Assembly: GCA_043818535.1 (NCBI GenBank)
Contig: JBDRFS010000057.1
Location: forward strand, 1-53,977
Direction of reading: 5' to 3'
Length of the DNA stretch: 53,977 bases
Origin: Candidatus Woesearchaeota archaeon
GTDB lineage: Archaea; Nanobdellota; Nanobdellia; SCGC-AAA011-G17; GW2011-AR17
The notes beneath the pieces are model-generated. The model was not told the DNA's origin. It ran no database searches and was given only the letters and a program-made list of their open reading frames with translations. This document shows, in pieces, positions 1 to 8,607 of this stretch (the stretch's first letter is position 1; each line of letters opens with the position of its first letter). The translations under genes and the position numbers were made by a program.

Positions 1-16
1 AGGGTCAACACCAACA

Positions 17-526
17 ATGAGAGAATCAATTCCTCAATGTTTTGATGGTGATATTTTTTTAGAAGAAAAATGCGGTAAGATTACAATGGTTGAAAACGAG
101 GAAGGATTGATAAATTATCTTATTGGAAAAGAAATTGAAAATATTGTTGATGAACTTGAAAATAAATCTGAAGAACGTACCATTGATGTTAATGGAACTG
201 ATGGGCAAACTATGATCAATGAAATGAAAGAAGAAATTGATGGAATTAAGGTAGAGATAGCAGAAAGAACTTTTGCACCCGGAACATATGAAACCGGAGA
301 GTCTGGAAAAGATATTAAGGATGTTGTTGTAGAAGAAGGGGAAGAAGGTTCTGGTGATGGCGGTTTAAAGCCAGAAATTAAAACAGATGTTGCTGGAGAT
401 GGCAGCGGAGATGGTGGTTTAAAGCCAGAAGTTAAAACTGATATTGCTGGAGGTGGTGGCGGGGGAAATAATAATGTTGTTGACAATGTAGTTGTTGAAG
501 ATGGTTCTAATAATGTGATTGATTAA
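17..526 (+). CDS. Acidic Gly/Asp-rich repeat protein, function unknown
   Basis: 169-aa ORF from an ATG. It contains a tandem ~17-aa repeat, GSGDGGLKPE(I/V)KTD(V/I)AG x2, encoded by a ~51-bp tandem DNA repeat near 349-450. No family recognised. Confidence 0.4.
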   Translation: MRESIPQCFDGDIFLEEKCGKITMVENEEGLINYLIGKEIENIVDELENKSEERTIDVNGTDGQTMINEMKEEIDGIKVEIAERTFAPGTYETGESGKDIKDVVVEEGEEGSGDGGLKPEIKTDVAGDGSGDGGLKPEVKTDIAGGGGGGNNNVVDNVVVEDGSNNVID

Positions 527-608
527 GATTAAAATAGTTTAAAATAACTTTCTTTTTTAGAATTTTGAATAAAACGAAAAGTTTATATAGTAGTTCATAC
601 ATCTATAT

Positions 609-734
609 ATGAAAAAGTGTACTAAAATGTATGAAAATAACTATAAGAATCCAATTAACACAAATATAGACGATTTATGGAACTTTGTGCAGCTTTTAGC
701 TGATTTAGAAAAACAATTACAAAAGGAAAAATGA
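609..734 (+). CDS. Small ORF (41 aa), possibly translationally coupled to the next gene
   Basis: Hand translation gives MKKCTKMYENNYKNPINTNIDDLWNFVQLLADLEKQLQKEK. Its TGA stop overlaps the ATG of the 731 ORF (ATGA). It is below the ORF-track size cutoff. Confidence 0.25.
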   Translation: MKKCTKMYENNYKNPINTNIDDLWNFVQLLADLEKQLQKEK

Positions 735-1387
735 TAAGTTCGAGATTAATGAAGGAAATAGAAAAGGAAGGTTTCAAATTAGATTTTCCTAGTTATGATT
801 CTAATGAGGATAAAATTTTGGAAATCTTAAATGAAAATAACCTTAGATTGAATTTGGCTCTACCTTTACTTTTAAGGCACAAATTTGATTATGAGAAAAT
901 AATTTTAAGATTATCTAAAGACAGACCAACACATACCAGGAGTATAATGGCTAAAAATTTCAATAAGATTATCCTAATCAGTAATAAAATATTTTTAGAG
1001 GAAAAAATAGAGAATGAGCATCTTCAAAAGATAATTGATAAACATAAGCTAAAAGAGAAGATTAGTGAAAATGAATATAGGTATTTTTATGATTCATTTA
1101 AAGAATTTACTAGAAAATCAGATGAAGATTCAGAGGAGAAACTAAGAAAGCAGCTTAAGTTAAGAGGAACACTTAATACTAATCTAGCATTATCAGCTAT
1201 TTTCTCTCCTGGAAAAATAAGAATAATGAATAAGATATTCAACCATATCTCCCTAAGTAATACAGAATTAAAATATTATTATAGATCAATACGTCCTTTA
1301 TCAAGGGCTATATTAAATGATAATCTACAAAGATACATAAGGCTTATTGAATCCAACAAAAAATATACTTTAAAGAATGATCACTAA
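731..1387 (+). CDS. Hypothetical protein
   Basis: 218-aa ORF, Lys/Glu/Asn-rich. No recognisable motif. Confidence 0.5.
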   Translation: MISSRLMKEIEKEGFKLDFPSYDSNEDKILEILNENNLRLNLALPLLLRHKFDYEKIILRLSKDRPTHTRSIMAKNFNKIILISNKIFLEEKIENEHLQKIIDKHKLKEKISENEYRYFYDSFKEFTRKSDEDSEEKLRKQLKLRGTLNTNLALSAIFSPGKIRIMNKIFNHISLSNTELKYYYRSIRPLSRAILNDNLQRYIRLIESNKKYTLKNDH

Positions 1388-1487
1388 TTTCTAAAATAAT
1401 AAAATTTTGCTTGGCAAAAGAGATATCCCTCAATTTAAATCGAAAAAAATGAAGGAATAAAATTCTTGTTTTAACTAGCTTTCCTTT

Positions 1488-2198
1488 TCAAAACACCATT
1501 AATGAAATATAATATAATCCTATAATAATAAAAATTACTGCCACTATTCTCCGCATCCACAATTCAAAAGTCTGTACTTTATTCATTATTGCCCCTAATT
1601 TTGAAACGCTTTTTACTAAGATTATTGAAAAAATTATTACAGGAAGTCCAGTAGCAAATGCAAAAACTGCTGGAATGATTAAACCATCTCCTGCTTTTAA
1701 TGCCAGGGGAATGAGCATTCCAAAAAACAATACTGCACTAAACGGGCAAAATGCCAGGGCAAATATAACACCTAGCAAAAAACTTCCTAAAAAGCCTTTA
1801 CTGGCCAGCTTTTCTTTAAGCTTATTCAATCTATCATTAGATTTAAAGAAGTGTAACTTTAATACATCTAACATTATAATTCCAACTACTAATAATAATG
1901 GACCCAGAATTTGTTCTCCGTATTTCTGTAAAAATAATGAGATAGTTTGTGTTTGCATACCAAACCAGACGACCAAAGAAGCAAGTCCAACATAAGTAAA
2001 CATCCTGCCTAATGTGTAAAGAAATCCTACAAGTAATGTGTGTTTACTATTATCTATCTTTTTGCTAGTATAAGCTATAGCAGTTATATTTGTTGCTAAT
2101 GGGCAAGGGCTTATTGCAGTCATCAAACCAATAAAGAAAGCAGCAACTATTGGAATGCTACTTGTTCCCATTGTTTCCATAAAAGCCATAAAACTCAT
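1488..2198 (-). CDS. CcdA/DsbD-family thiol:disulfide transfer membrane protein
   Basis: Polytopic membrane protein with a Cys-Pro in the first TM segment (AISPCPLATN) and a second FCPFS motif, typical of DsbD/CcdA cores. I chose the ATG at 2198 (MSFMAF), 1 nt after the upstream stop. The longest ORF starts at 2225. Confidence 0.72.
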   Translation of the reverse strand: MSFMAFMETMGTSSIPIVAAFFIGLMTAISPCPLATNITAIAYTSKKIDNSKHTLLVGFLYTLGRMFTYVGLASLVVWFGMQTQTISLFLQKYGEQILGPLLLVVGIIMLDVLKLHFFKSNDRLNKLKEKLASKGFLGSFLLGVIFALAFCPFSAVLFFGMLIPLALKAGDGLIIPAVFAFATGLPVIIFSIILVKSVSKLGAIMNKVQTFELWMRRIVAVIFIIIGLYYISLMVF

Positions 2199-2199
2199 T

Positions 2200-2664
2200 T
2201 TAATTTCCTGCCAGTTTTTGCTCAATAATTCCTTTTAGATAATTCATATAATCTTGCTTGTCTTTTATTTTATACCAGACATTCACATTTTCTTCTGCTT
2301 TGAATTCTTCTCCATTGTAAGTTCCAAGCCAAAGAGATGAACCAGTTACTCCATATTTCATTACTAAATCTTTATTTTTAGATAAGTCTCGGTTTATATG
2401 ACCAAACACTATTTTTCCAGATTTTAATTCATCAGCAAAATAAGCATTTACAGTTTCTTCTGCATAAGCACCAACTGTTTTGCATGAATAACATTGATTT
2501 GTTGCATGAAAATGATATATTTCTAACTTATCTATATTGACAATATGTTCTGTGTCGAGAACAGCATTACTATTTATAGTTGTATCAGATTTGCTTGTGC
2601 ATCCTGCTAGAATTCCAAACGCAAGAATAGCCAACAACATGATCAGTACATTTCTTTGCTTCAT
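2200..2664 (-). CDS. Lipoprotein with a CxxC motif (thioredoxin-like partner of CcdA)
   Basis: Signal peptide plus lipobox (LAGC), then HATNQCYSCKTVG (CxxC). It sits in an operon between a thioredoxin-fold gene and the CcdA-like gene. Confidence 0.55.
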   Translation of the reverse strand: MKQRNVLIMLLAILAFGILAGCTSKSDTTINSNAVLDTEHIVNIDKLEIYHFHATNQCYSCKTVGAYAEETVNAYFADELKSGKIVFGHINRDLSKNKDLVMKYGVTGSSLWLGTYNGEEFKAEENVNVWYKIKDKQDYMNYLKGIIEQKLAGN

Positions 2665-2665
2665 T

Positions 2666-2896
2666 TTATTTTAACATATCCTTAATTTCTTCAACACTTG
2701 CAACTGTTCCATAGCTTTTAACTTTGCCATCAATTACTATTGCAGGTGTAGACTTGATACCATAATCAACAATTTTATCAATTTTAGTTACTTTGATAAT
2801 TTCTGCTTTTTGTCCAGTTTCCTCTAATGCTTTTTTGGTATTTTCTTCTAGTCTCTTACAATTAGGACATCCTGAACCCAATATTTCAATTTTCAT
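2666..2896 (-). CDS. Small thioredoxin-fold redox-active disulfide protein
   Basis: 76 aa starting MKIEILGSGCPNCKRLEENTKKAL. This is the classic glutaredoxin/thioredoxin_3-type N-terminal CPxC. Confidence 0.8.
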   Translation of the reverse strand: MKIEILGSGCPNCKRLEENTKKALEETGQKAEIIKVTKIDKIVDYGIKSTPAIVIDGKVKSYGTVASVEEIKDMLK

Positions 2897-3210
2897 TTAC
2901 ATCCCTCCATACAACAACATTTTTTTAGAGTCTTTCCTTTTTTGTTGCCTAAAGATTTGAAAATATCAAATACTCGTAAATCATTAATGGAATAAAATAC
3001 TTTTTTACCTTCCCTTCTTGATTTTAATATTCTTGATTTTTCTAGCTTTCCTAGTTGAATAGATGTTGTTGATTGAGTTCTTTTAACGTGAGGGAAAATC
3101 TCACAAACACATTTTTCTCCATCCAAAAGAAATTCTACTATTTTTAATCGAGTTCCATCAGACAACGCTTTCATTATTTTTAGAGTTTCATCAACCATAC
3201 ATATTGACAA
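2893..3210 (-). CDS. ArsR/SmtB-family winged-HTH regulator
   Basis: Contains LKIMKALSDGTRLKIVEFLLDGEKCVCEI...QSTTSIQLGKLEKSRILKSRREGKKVFYSIN. It has a 4-nt overlap with the downstream thioredoxin gene. Confidence 0.8.
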   Translation of the reverse strand: MSICMVDETLKIMKALSDGTRLKIVEFLLDGEKCVCEIFPHVKRTQSTTSIQLGKLEKSRILKSRREGKKVFYSINDLRVFDIFKSLGNKKGKTLKKCCCMEGCK

Positions 3211-3242
3211 ACATCAATATGCTTATAAAGTTTTCTGAAGTA

Positions 3243-3497
3243 GCGACACCCCTAAATGTTCTTTTCAGAAAAGAACCAAAACAAGACGCCCCCTATATTT
3301 TCTTTTTTTAGAAAAAAGAAACAACAAATCTACGCCCCTCCCTCATCCTTTGGATATATACACTCGCTACGCTCGAATTGATTAGTAATCCAAAAGCTCT
3401 AAAATTTTCCTTAGGAACGTTGCACTAAATTTTAGGTCTTCCCTTTGGTCAGACGAATATAACAGCGATTAAGAGATTACGAAGTCTTGCAGACTTC
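3243..3497. other. Array of five dissimilar perfect or near-perfect hairpins in a long intergenic region
   Basis: Inverted repeats read directly from the sequence: 3258-3276 (8-bp stem), 3298-3321 (10-bp stem), 3347-3355/3388-3396, 3399-3407/3427-3435 and 3481-3497 (7-bp stem). The first three are each preceded by GAC(A/G)CCCC. Confidence 0.5.
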
Positions 3498-3801
3498 TCC
3501 ATCCAAATTCCTCACTACGTTCGGAACTTCTCTTAATCCCAATGTTAATCGAAATCGTTCCCACCCCAAAACCTAAATTCCAAACCTACCAGCCAGAATC
3601 CTCCATCCTCCACACAACCAGCCACCACCACGACTCTGCGCTCACCATCCAACCAAACTTCCCGTTCGCCCTGCGCTCCAGCAATGCCAGAAATGTTAGC
3701 AAGAGGAGGTAATGCGGCTGCTAACTCACTTTTACAAAAAATCACAAATTTAGCCCAAAAAAAGAAAAACTATTTTAAATACCAATACCTAACCAACCCC
3801 T

Positions 3802-4278
3802 ATGGGATGCCCATTTTGTGAGAGATACCAAGCAAGAAAAAGCCTGATCTATGAAAACCCTTTCTTCTACGCAATATTTGATGATTTTCCAGTCTCCCCG
3901 GGCCATGCCCTCCTTATCCCAAAAAATCACATGGATTCCCTCACCAGCCTGAATACTGACGAATGGCGATTCCTCAAGTTCTCAATCTCTGATGTAATAA
4001 GAGTAATAGAAAGAACTGATTTAGAAGAGACGTACGAGAAAATGCTAAAAAACCCCTTAAACGATAAGTCAGAAGAATTTCTAGAAGAAATCTTAAAGAA
4101 CCCTTACTTAAGCAAAAAAACAGAAGGTTACAATATTGGAATAAACGAGGGGGAAGCGGCAGGGAAGACAATAGAGCACCTGCACGCACACATAATCCCT
4201 AGATTTCTTGGAGATGTCAAAGACCCTGTAGGCGGAGTAAGGAATATTATCCCTGGCAAGGGAAACTACAAAAAATGA
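3802..4278 (+). CDS. HIT-family nucleotide hydrolase/transferase
   Basis: Histidine triad HLHAHIIPR, plus N-terminal CPFC and PVSPGHALLIPKNH. Confidence 0.8.
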   Translation: MGCPFCERYQARKSLIYENPFFYAIFDDFPVSPGHALLIPKNHMDSLTSLNTDEWRFLKFSISDVIRVIERTDLEETYEKMLKNPLNDKSEEFLEEILKNPYLSKKTEGYNIGINEGEAAGKTIEHLHAHIIPRFLGDVKDPVGGVRNIIPGKGNYKK

Positions 4279-4901
4279 GTCAATGCCCTTATTGTAAAGA
4301 ATTTAAAAAAGGCTTTTTTGAATTTCAGGACCAAACTTATAGGAGGCACATCCTGTGTGAAAAAGGAAATTTTGTAGTTTTCCCATCATTAGGCCAAATT
4401 GTTGAAGGCTATTTGCTAATCGCTTCAAAAAAACATTACAATGGGATGGGGGAAGTTCCAAAAAGCCTATACCCTGAATTAGAGTCTGTTTGCAAAAAAG
4501 TAAGGGAAGTATTATCTAATACTTATGGCTCACCATTATTTTTTGAGCACGGTTCAACCTTAGAAAAAAAAGGAGGGTGCTGTATTACTCACGCGCATAT
4601 TCATGCAGTTCCTGTCCAGATAGACATTTTAGAAGACTTAACAGAAAATTTTGATTACAGAAAAATGGATTCCTTTGAAGAATTACAGAAAGAGTTTAAA
4701 AAAGGAAATCCTTATTTGTTCTACGAATCCAATTCTAAAGAGAGGTATTTGTTTGAAGTCAATGAAACTATCCCTTCACAGTATATCAGGCAGATTATAG
4801 CCGAAAAGATCAACAAACCCGAGCGCTGGGATTGGAGAACGTACCCGGGAATTGATGAATTAGTAAAGACAATCGAAAAGCTAAAAGGAAAATTTGAATA
4901 A
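4275..4901 (+). CDS. Second HIT-like protein
   Basis: Contains THAHIHAVP (HxHxH) and an N-terminal CPYC. It has a 4-nt overlap with the upstream HIT gene. Confidence 0.62.
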   Translation: MSQCPYCKEFKKGFFEFQDQTYRRHILCEKGNFVVFPSLGQIVEGYLLIASKKHYNGMGEVPKSLYPELESVCKKVREVLSNTYGSPLFFEHGSTLEKKGGCCITHAHIHAVPVQIDILEDLTENFDYRKMDSFEELQKEFKKGNPYLFYESNSKERYLFEVNETIPSQYIRQIIAEKINKPERWDWRTYPGIDELVKTIEKLKGKFE

Positions 4902-4910
4902 GGACTTTTT

Positions 4911-5711
4911 CTAGCCCTTAAAATACTTCTCATGAGCTTCAGTGGGCGAAAGCCTGCCATGGACCACTGACTTCACAGCCTTTATCATCCCAATAGGATT
5001 CTCGGACTGGAAGATATTCCTGCCCATGTCAACCCCTATGGCCCCTTTGGAAACAGCATTATGGGCCTGCTCCAGCGCAGCCATCGGGCCATCGCCAGCC
5101 TTCCCTCCAGCCATCACAACAGGAACAAAGCAGCCTCCAGTAACCTCCTCAAAGCCATTTGTGCAGTAATAGGTCTTGACTATGTCCGCGCCATGCTCAG
5201 CAGACATCCTGCACGCCAGGCCAAGGTACTTAGGGTCATCCTTAAGCTCATCAAGCTTCCTTCCAACAGCAGTAACTGCAAGCACAGGCAGGCCATACTT
5301 CTTAGCCTCATTAACCATGGCTGAAAGGTTCCTCATAGTCTGCGTCTCATACTCTGTGCCGACAAAGACAGATATTGCAACTGCAGAAGCATTCAGCCTC
5401 AAGGCATCCTCTATTGTTATCATTATCTCATGGTCAGCCAGAGTGCTCACTCCCAGCTTGTCCCCTGCAATGCTTGGCCCGCCATCCGCCCTCAGTATTA
5501 TTGGCTTGCCTGTTTGAGGACTCAATTGAGTAAGCATGCCCCTTGTAAGCATCACTGCGTCAGAATGCGGCGTTACGCCCTTAAGCATTTTCCTGGGCTT
5601 CTCCAGCCCGGCTATAGCACCTAAAAAATAGCCGTGGTCAACAGCAAACATAAGCGCCCTGCCGTCTTTCTGTATTATCCTTGAAAGCCTGTTTTCCAGT
5701 CCCCAGTTCAT
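4911..5711 (-). CDS. Class I (DhnA/FbaB, DeoC/LacD-type) aldolase
   Basis: 266 aa with FAVDHG near the N-terminus and GADIVKTYY (Schiff-base Lys context) in a TIM-barrel-like pattern. The exact substrate cannot be assigned. Confidence 0.72.
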   Translation of the reverse strand: MNWGLENRLSRIIQKDGRALMFAVDHGYFLGAIAGLEKPRKMLKGVTPHSDAVMLTRGMLTQLSPQTGKPIILRADGGPSIAGDKLGVSTLADHEIMITIEDALRLNASAVAISVFVGTEYETQTMRNLSAMVNEAKKYGLPVLAVTAVGRKLDELKDDPKYLGLACRMSAEHGADIVKTYYCTNGFEEVTGGCFVPVVMAGGKAGDGPMAALEQAHNAVSKGAIGVDMGRNIFQSENPIGMIKAVKSVVHGRLSPTEAHEKYFKG

Positions 5712-5756
5712 TTTTATTCCTCCTAAAGTCTACCAAATCAGTAAACTTTTACTCAT

Positions 5757-6182
5757 TTAAATAGTTTTTTGCAATTTTTTTATAGAATCAACAGTTATCC
5801 ATGCCGCCATAATCCCAAACCCTTTTTTCTCAATATTAAAAGGCTTAACCACCTGAACACTGTCAATGAACACTAAGGTGCAGAACTTCTTGCCAGAAAG
5901 CTTAGAGGAGTATGATACAGGGACGCATATGCCCTTGCCGTATTCCTTTAATATCTTTCTTATCTTCTCATCATCAAGATTATTGAAAAATAAAGCTTTA
6001 GTAACATTTGCTATAACAGTAACTGGATCCCCAGACTCCTTGAAGTAGACTGTATCCCCTACAGAAATATTATTGTAAGGCGTTTTCCTAAATTTGTACC
6101 ACCTTGATTCTATTGTCTTTTCGCCAGAGATTATTTTAGATAAAAGCTTCATCTTCTTTGACAATATTGCTAAATGGTCCAT
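5757..6182 (-). CDS. ASCH domain protein
   Basis: N-terminal ...IISGEKTIESRWYKFRKTPYNNISVGDTVYFKESG matches the ASCH/PUA-like pattern. Confidence 0.6.
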   Translation of the reverse strand: MDHLAILSKKMKLLSKIISGEKTIESRWYKFRKTPYNNISVGDTVYFKESGDPVTVIANVTKALFFNNLDDEKIRKILKEYGKGICVPVSYSSKLSGKKFCTLVFIDSVQVVKPFNIEKKGFGIMAAWITVDSIKKLQKTI

Positions 6183-6183
6183 C

Positions 6184-6636
6184 CTAAAGCTCCTTGCTTA
6201 AGACAATTTCCTTCCTTTTTACTACATAAAGCTCTTCCTCGGCCTCAATAGCATAGCCTCTTCTACTCAAAAACCTAACAACATAATCAGAATGCGTATC
6301 CGCCCTAATTCTTTTAAAGCCATTAGCTTTTCCAAAAGAGCAGGCCATTTCCTCCAATGCAGATCCAGCACCCTTGCCACTATACTCTTCAGCAACCCTG
6401 AGGTTCTTTAGTTCCAAGACAGAATGTTCTTCCTTGTCTTTCTGGAAGATAAGGCTTCCAATTATATTACTTTGGTTTGTGGCGTAAACCGCCCTTTTTT
6501 CCCCAAATTCTAGCTGCCTCCTGCACTTTTCCAGCCAGATAAAATAATCAGGATAATCCACGGGATACTTCTTAACAAACTCATACAATCTTTTTACTTC
6601 GTCCGGATCAGTTAACAGCTTAATGCCCATATTCAC
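6184..6636 (-). CDS. GNAT-family N-acetyltransferase
   Basis: 150 aa. The acetyl-CoA loop-like motif is RVAEEYSGKGAGSALEEMA. It is adjacent to the ASCH gene with a 1-nt gap. Confidence 0.68.
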   Translation of the reverse strand: MNMGIKLLTDPDEVKRLYEFVKKYPVDYPDYFIWLEKCRRQLEFGEKRAVYATNQSNIIGSLIFQKDKEEHSVLELKNLRVAEEYSGKGAGSALEEMACSFGKANGFKRIRADTHSDYVVRFLSRRGYAIEAEEELYVVKRKEIVLSKEL

Positions 6637-6747
6637 CTGATAAATGCCTTATATTAAAATACTTTTCTAGAAGCCAGATTCTGTTCTCGATTTAAAGCAA
6701 GGACCGTTCAGAAAAGCTTAAAACCCTATACAGGTAAGAAGCAGTAT

Positions 6748-7188
6748 ATGAGGCTATGGACATTACACCCAAAATGCCTTGACCACAAAGGATTAGTAGC
6801 TGTATGGAGGGAGGCATTGCTGGCAAAAAAGGTATTGCAGGGAAAAACAAAAGGCTACAGGCACCACCCCCAGCTTATAAGGTTCAGGAAAACAAGGCAT
6901 CCAATACGAGCAATTAACTCTTACCTCCAAGCAATATTAAAAGAGGCAAAGGCAAGAAACTACAAGTTTGACGAGACAAAAGCAAAGAAAGTAAAAGCAC
7001 AAAAGATTACAGCCACCACAGGGCAACTATCCTACGAATTCGGGCATCTAAAAAAGAAATTAAGGAAAAGGTCAAAGATAAGGCTAAAAGCAAACAAGAT
7101 AGAGCCCCACCCCTTATTCAAAATAAAAAAAGGGAAAATAGAGAATTGGGAGAAATATGGAAGAAATACTAACGCAGGAAGAGATTGA
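6748..7188 (+). CDS. Pyrimidine-dimer DNA glycosylase family protein (DenV-like)
   Basis: N-terminus MRLWTLHPKCLDHKGLVAVWREALLAKKVLQGKTKGYRHHPQLIRF is characteristic of this family. Confidence 0.7.
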   Translation: MRLWTLHPKCLDHKGLVAVWREALLAKKVLQGKTKGYRHHPQLIRFRKTRHPIRAINSYLQAILKEAKARNYKFDETKAKKVKAQKITATTGQLSYEFGHLKKKLRKRSKIRLKANKIEPHPLFKIKKGKIENWEKYGRNTNAGRD

Positions 7189-7705
7189 AGAGCTTGAAAA
7201 AAAACTAAATGGAGAAGACAAGCCTCCAATATACAAAAGGATAATAATATTAGCAATGGGAGTTATCCTCCTCTTCCTCATCCTAAGCTATTTCCTAGCA
7301 TACGCGGCCTTTGACAACATCCCGGGACTGGTGGAAAGCAGCAAGGTAAAAGGATATGCAATAAGCCTAAAAGACGGCAGCAGCATATTCTTTGAAAAAC
7401 AGCCATATGACGAGCTAAGGCAGATCTTCAAAGCAAACGAAGGCAATGAGACAAAACTATGCCTTATTGGAGACAAGCAAGGCAATAGCATAATCATCAC
7501 AGGCATCCACCACCCATTGATAATCGAGCAGGACTTCCGCTCTGTAACAGCAAAGCCGTGCCCGGAAGGGACAATGATATCACTGCACACCCATCCCATG
7601 ATGCACTGCACCCCATCCTACCAGGACTACATGAACCTGCATCACCACAAGGATGCTGAGATGGCTGCGGTCATGTGCAAGGAAGACAGGATATATTTCT
7701 ATTGA
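7157..7705 (+). CDS. Membrane-anchored JAB/MPN (JAMM) metalloprotease-like protein
   Basis: One N-terminal TM helix. HTHPMMHCTPSYQD fits the JAMM signature HxHx7SxxD. It overlaps the upstream gene by 32 nt. Confidence 0.58.
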   Translation: MEEILTQEEIEELEKKLNGEDKPPIYKRIIILAMGVILLFLILSYFLAYAAFDNIPGLVESSKVKGYAISLKDGSSIFFEKQPYDELRQIFKANEGNETKLCLIGDKQGNSIIITGIHHPLIIEQDFRSVTAKPCPEGTMISLHTHPMMHCTPSYQDYMNLHHHKDAEMAAVMCKEDRIYFY

Positions 7706-7740
7706 GGAAATCTTATAAAGATGGCAGCCTACGCATCATC

Positions 7741-8607
7741 ATGAAAGAAAAGCCCGCAATATTTTATGCCATTATAACAATATTATTATGGAGCACGGTT
7801 GCGGCAGTAGCAAAGCTTACATTAAAGTCCATAAGCAGCACCCAGCTCATACTGTTCATAGCATTCTTCTCCACAGCAGGCCTCCTGGTAATTATTGCAG
7901 CAAAAAGAGACCTAAAGAAACTAAAGAGCTACAAGCTAAAAGAGCACAAGTACTTAATTTTTCTTGGATTCCTGAGCATGTTCCTCTATAATTACCTTTT
8001 TTTCACGGCAATAGAAAAGAGCACTGCAGTTGAAGCGAACATAATCAACTACACCTGGCCCATGTGGATAATCCTATTCTCAATATTCATCCTAAAGGAA
8101 AAGGCCTCCACTAGAACATTCCTAGGAATAGGGCTAAGCTTTATAGGGGTATTACTGGTAATCACAAAAGGCAGCTTCCATCAAATCATGCCTTCCTCGC
8201 TATACGGCGGAATTTTAGCATTGTGCGGCGGAATATCATGGGGCCTTTTCTCAGTCCTTTCAAAAAAGCAAAAGTTTGAGCCTTTCTCAAGCATGTTCTA
8301 CTACAGCCTGTACGGCTTTATATTTGCACTAATACTTGCAGCGTTCAGGGGAATGCTTATCCTGCCAGGGCCATATGAGCTTCTGGGAGCAGCTTACCTG
8401 GGGGCAATAGCCACAGGCCTGGCATTTGCTTTCTGGATCAAAGCATTGGCAAAAGGGAATACCCATTTTATAGCAAACCTCGCTTATCTCGTCCCTTTCC
8501 TTGCTTTAGTTTTTATCTATTTCCTCACAGGAGAAGGCATATTTTTCTCACAGATTATCGGATTAGCCATAATAGTCGCAGGAATCCTCATACAATCAAG
8601 AAAATGA
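7741..8607 (+). CDS. DMT-superfamily (EamA) transporter
   Basis: About 10 TM segments in two EamA-like halves. I chose the start at ATG 7741 (MKEKPAIFYA), because the longest ORF (7675) would overlap the previous gene. Confidence 0.8.
   Translation: MKEKPAIFYAIITILLWSTVAAVAKLTLKSISSTQLILFIAFFSTAGLLVIIAAKRDLKKLKSYKLKEHKYLIFLGFLSMFLYNYLFFTAIEKSTAVEANIINYTWPMWIILFSIFILKEKASTRTFLGIGLSFIGVLLVITKGSFHQIMPSSLYGGILALCGGISWGLFSVLSKKQKFEPFSSMFYYSLYGFIFALILAAFRGMLILPGPYELLGAAYLGAIATGLAFAFWIKALAKGNTHFIANLAYLVPFLALVFIYFLTGEGIFFSQIIGLAIIVAGILIQSRK

Noticed and set aside
3545-3745. A 66-aa minus-strand ORF in the arsR-HIT spacer.
   Set aside because: Its Gly/Val/Trp-rich composition mirrors the extreme C-richness of the opposite strand. 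It has no motif, no RBS or TATA context that I could see, and no neighbour coupling.
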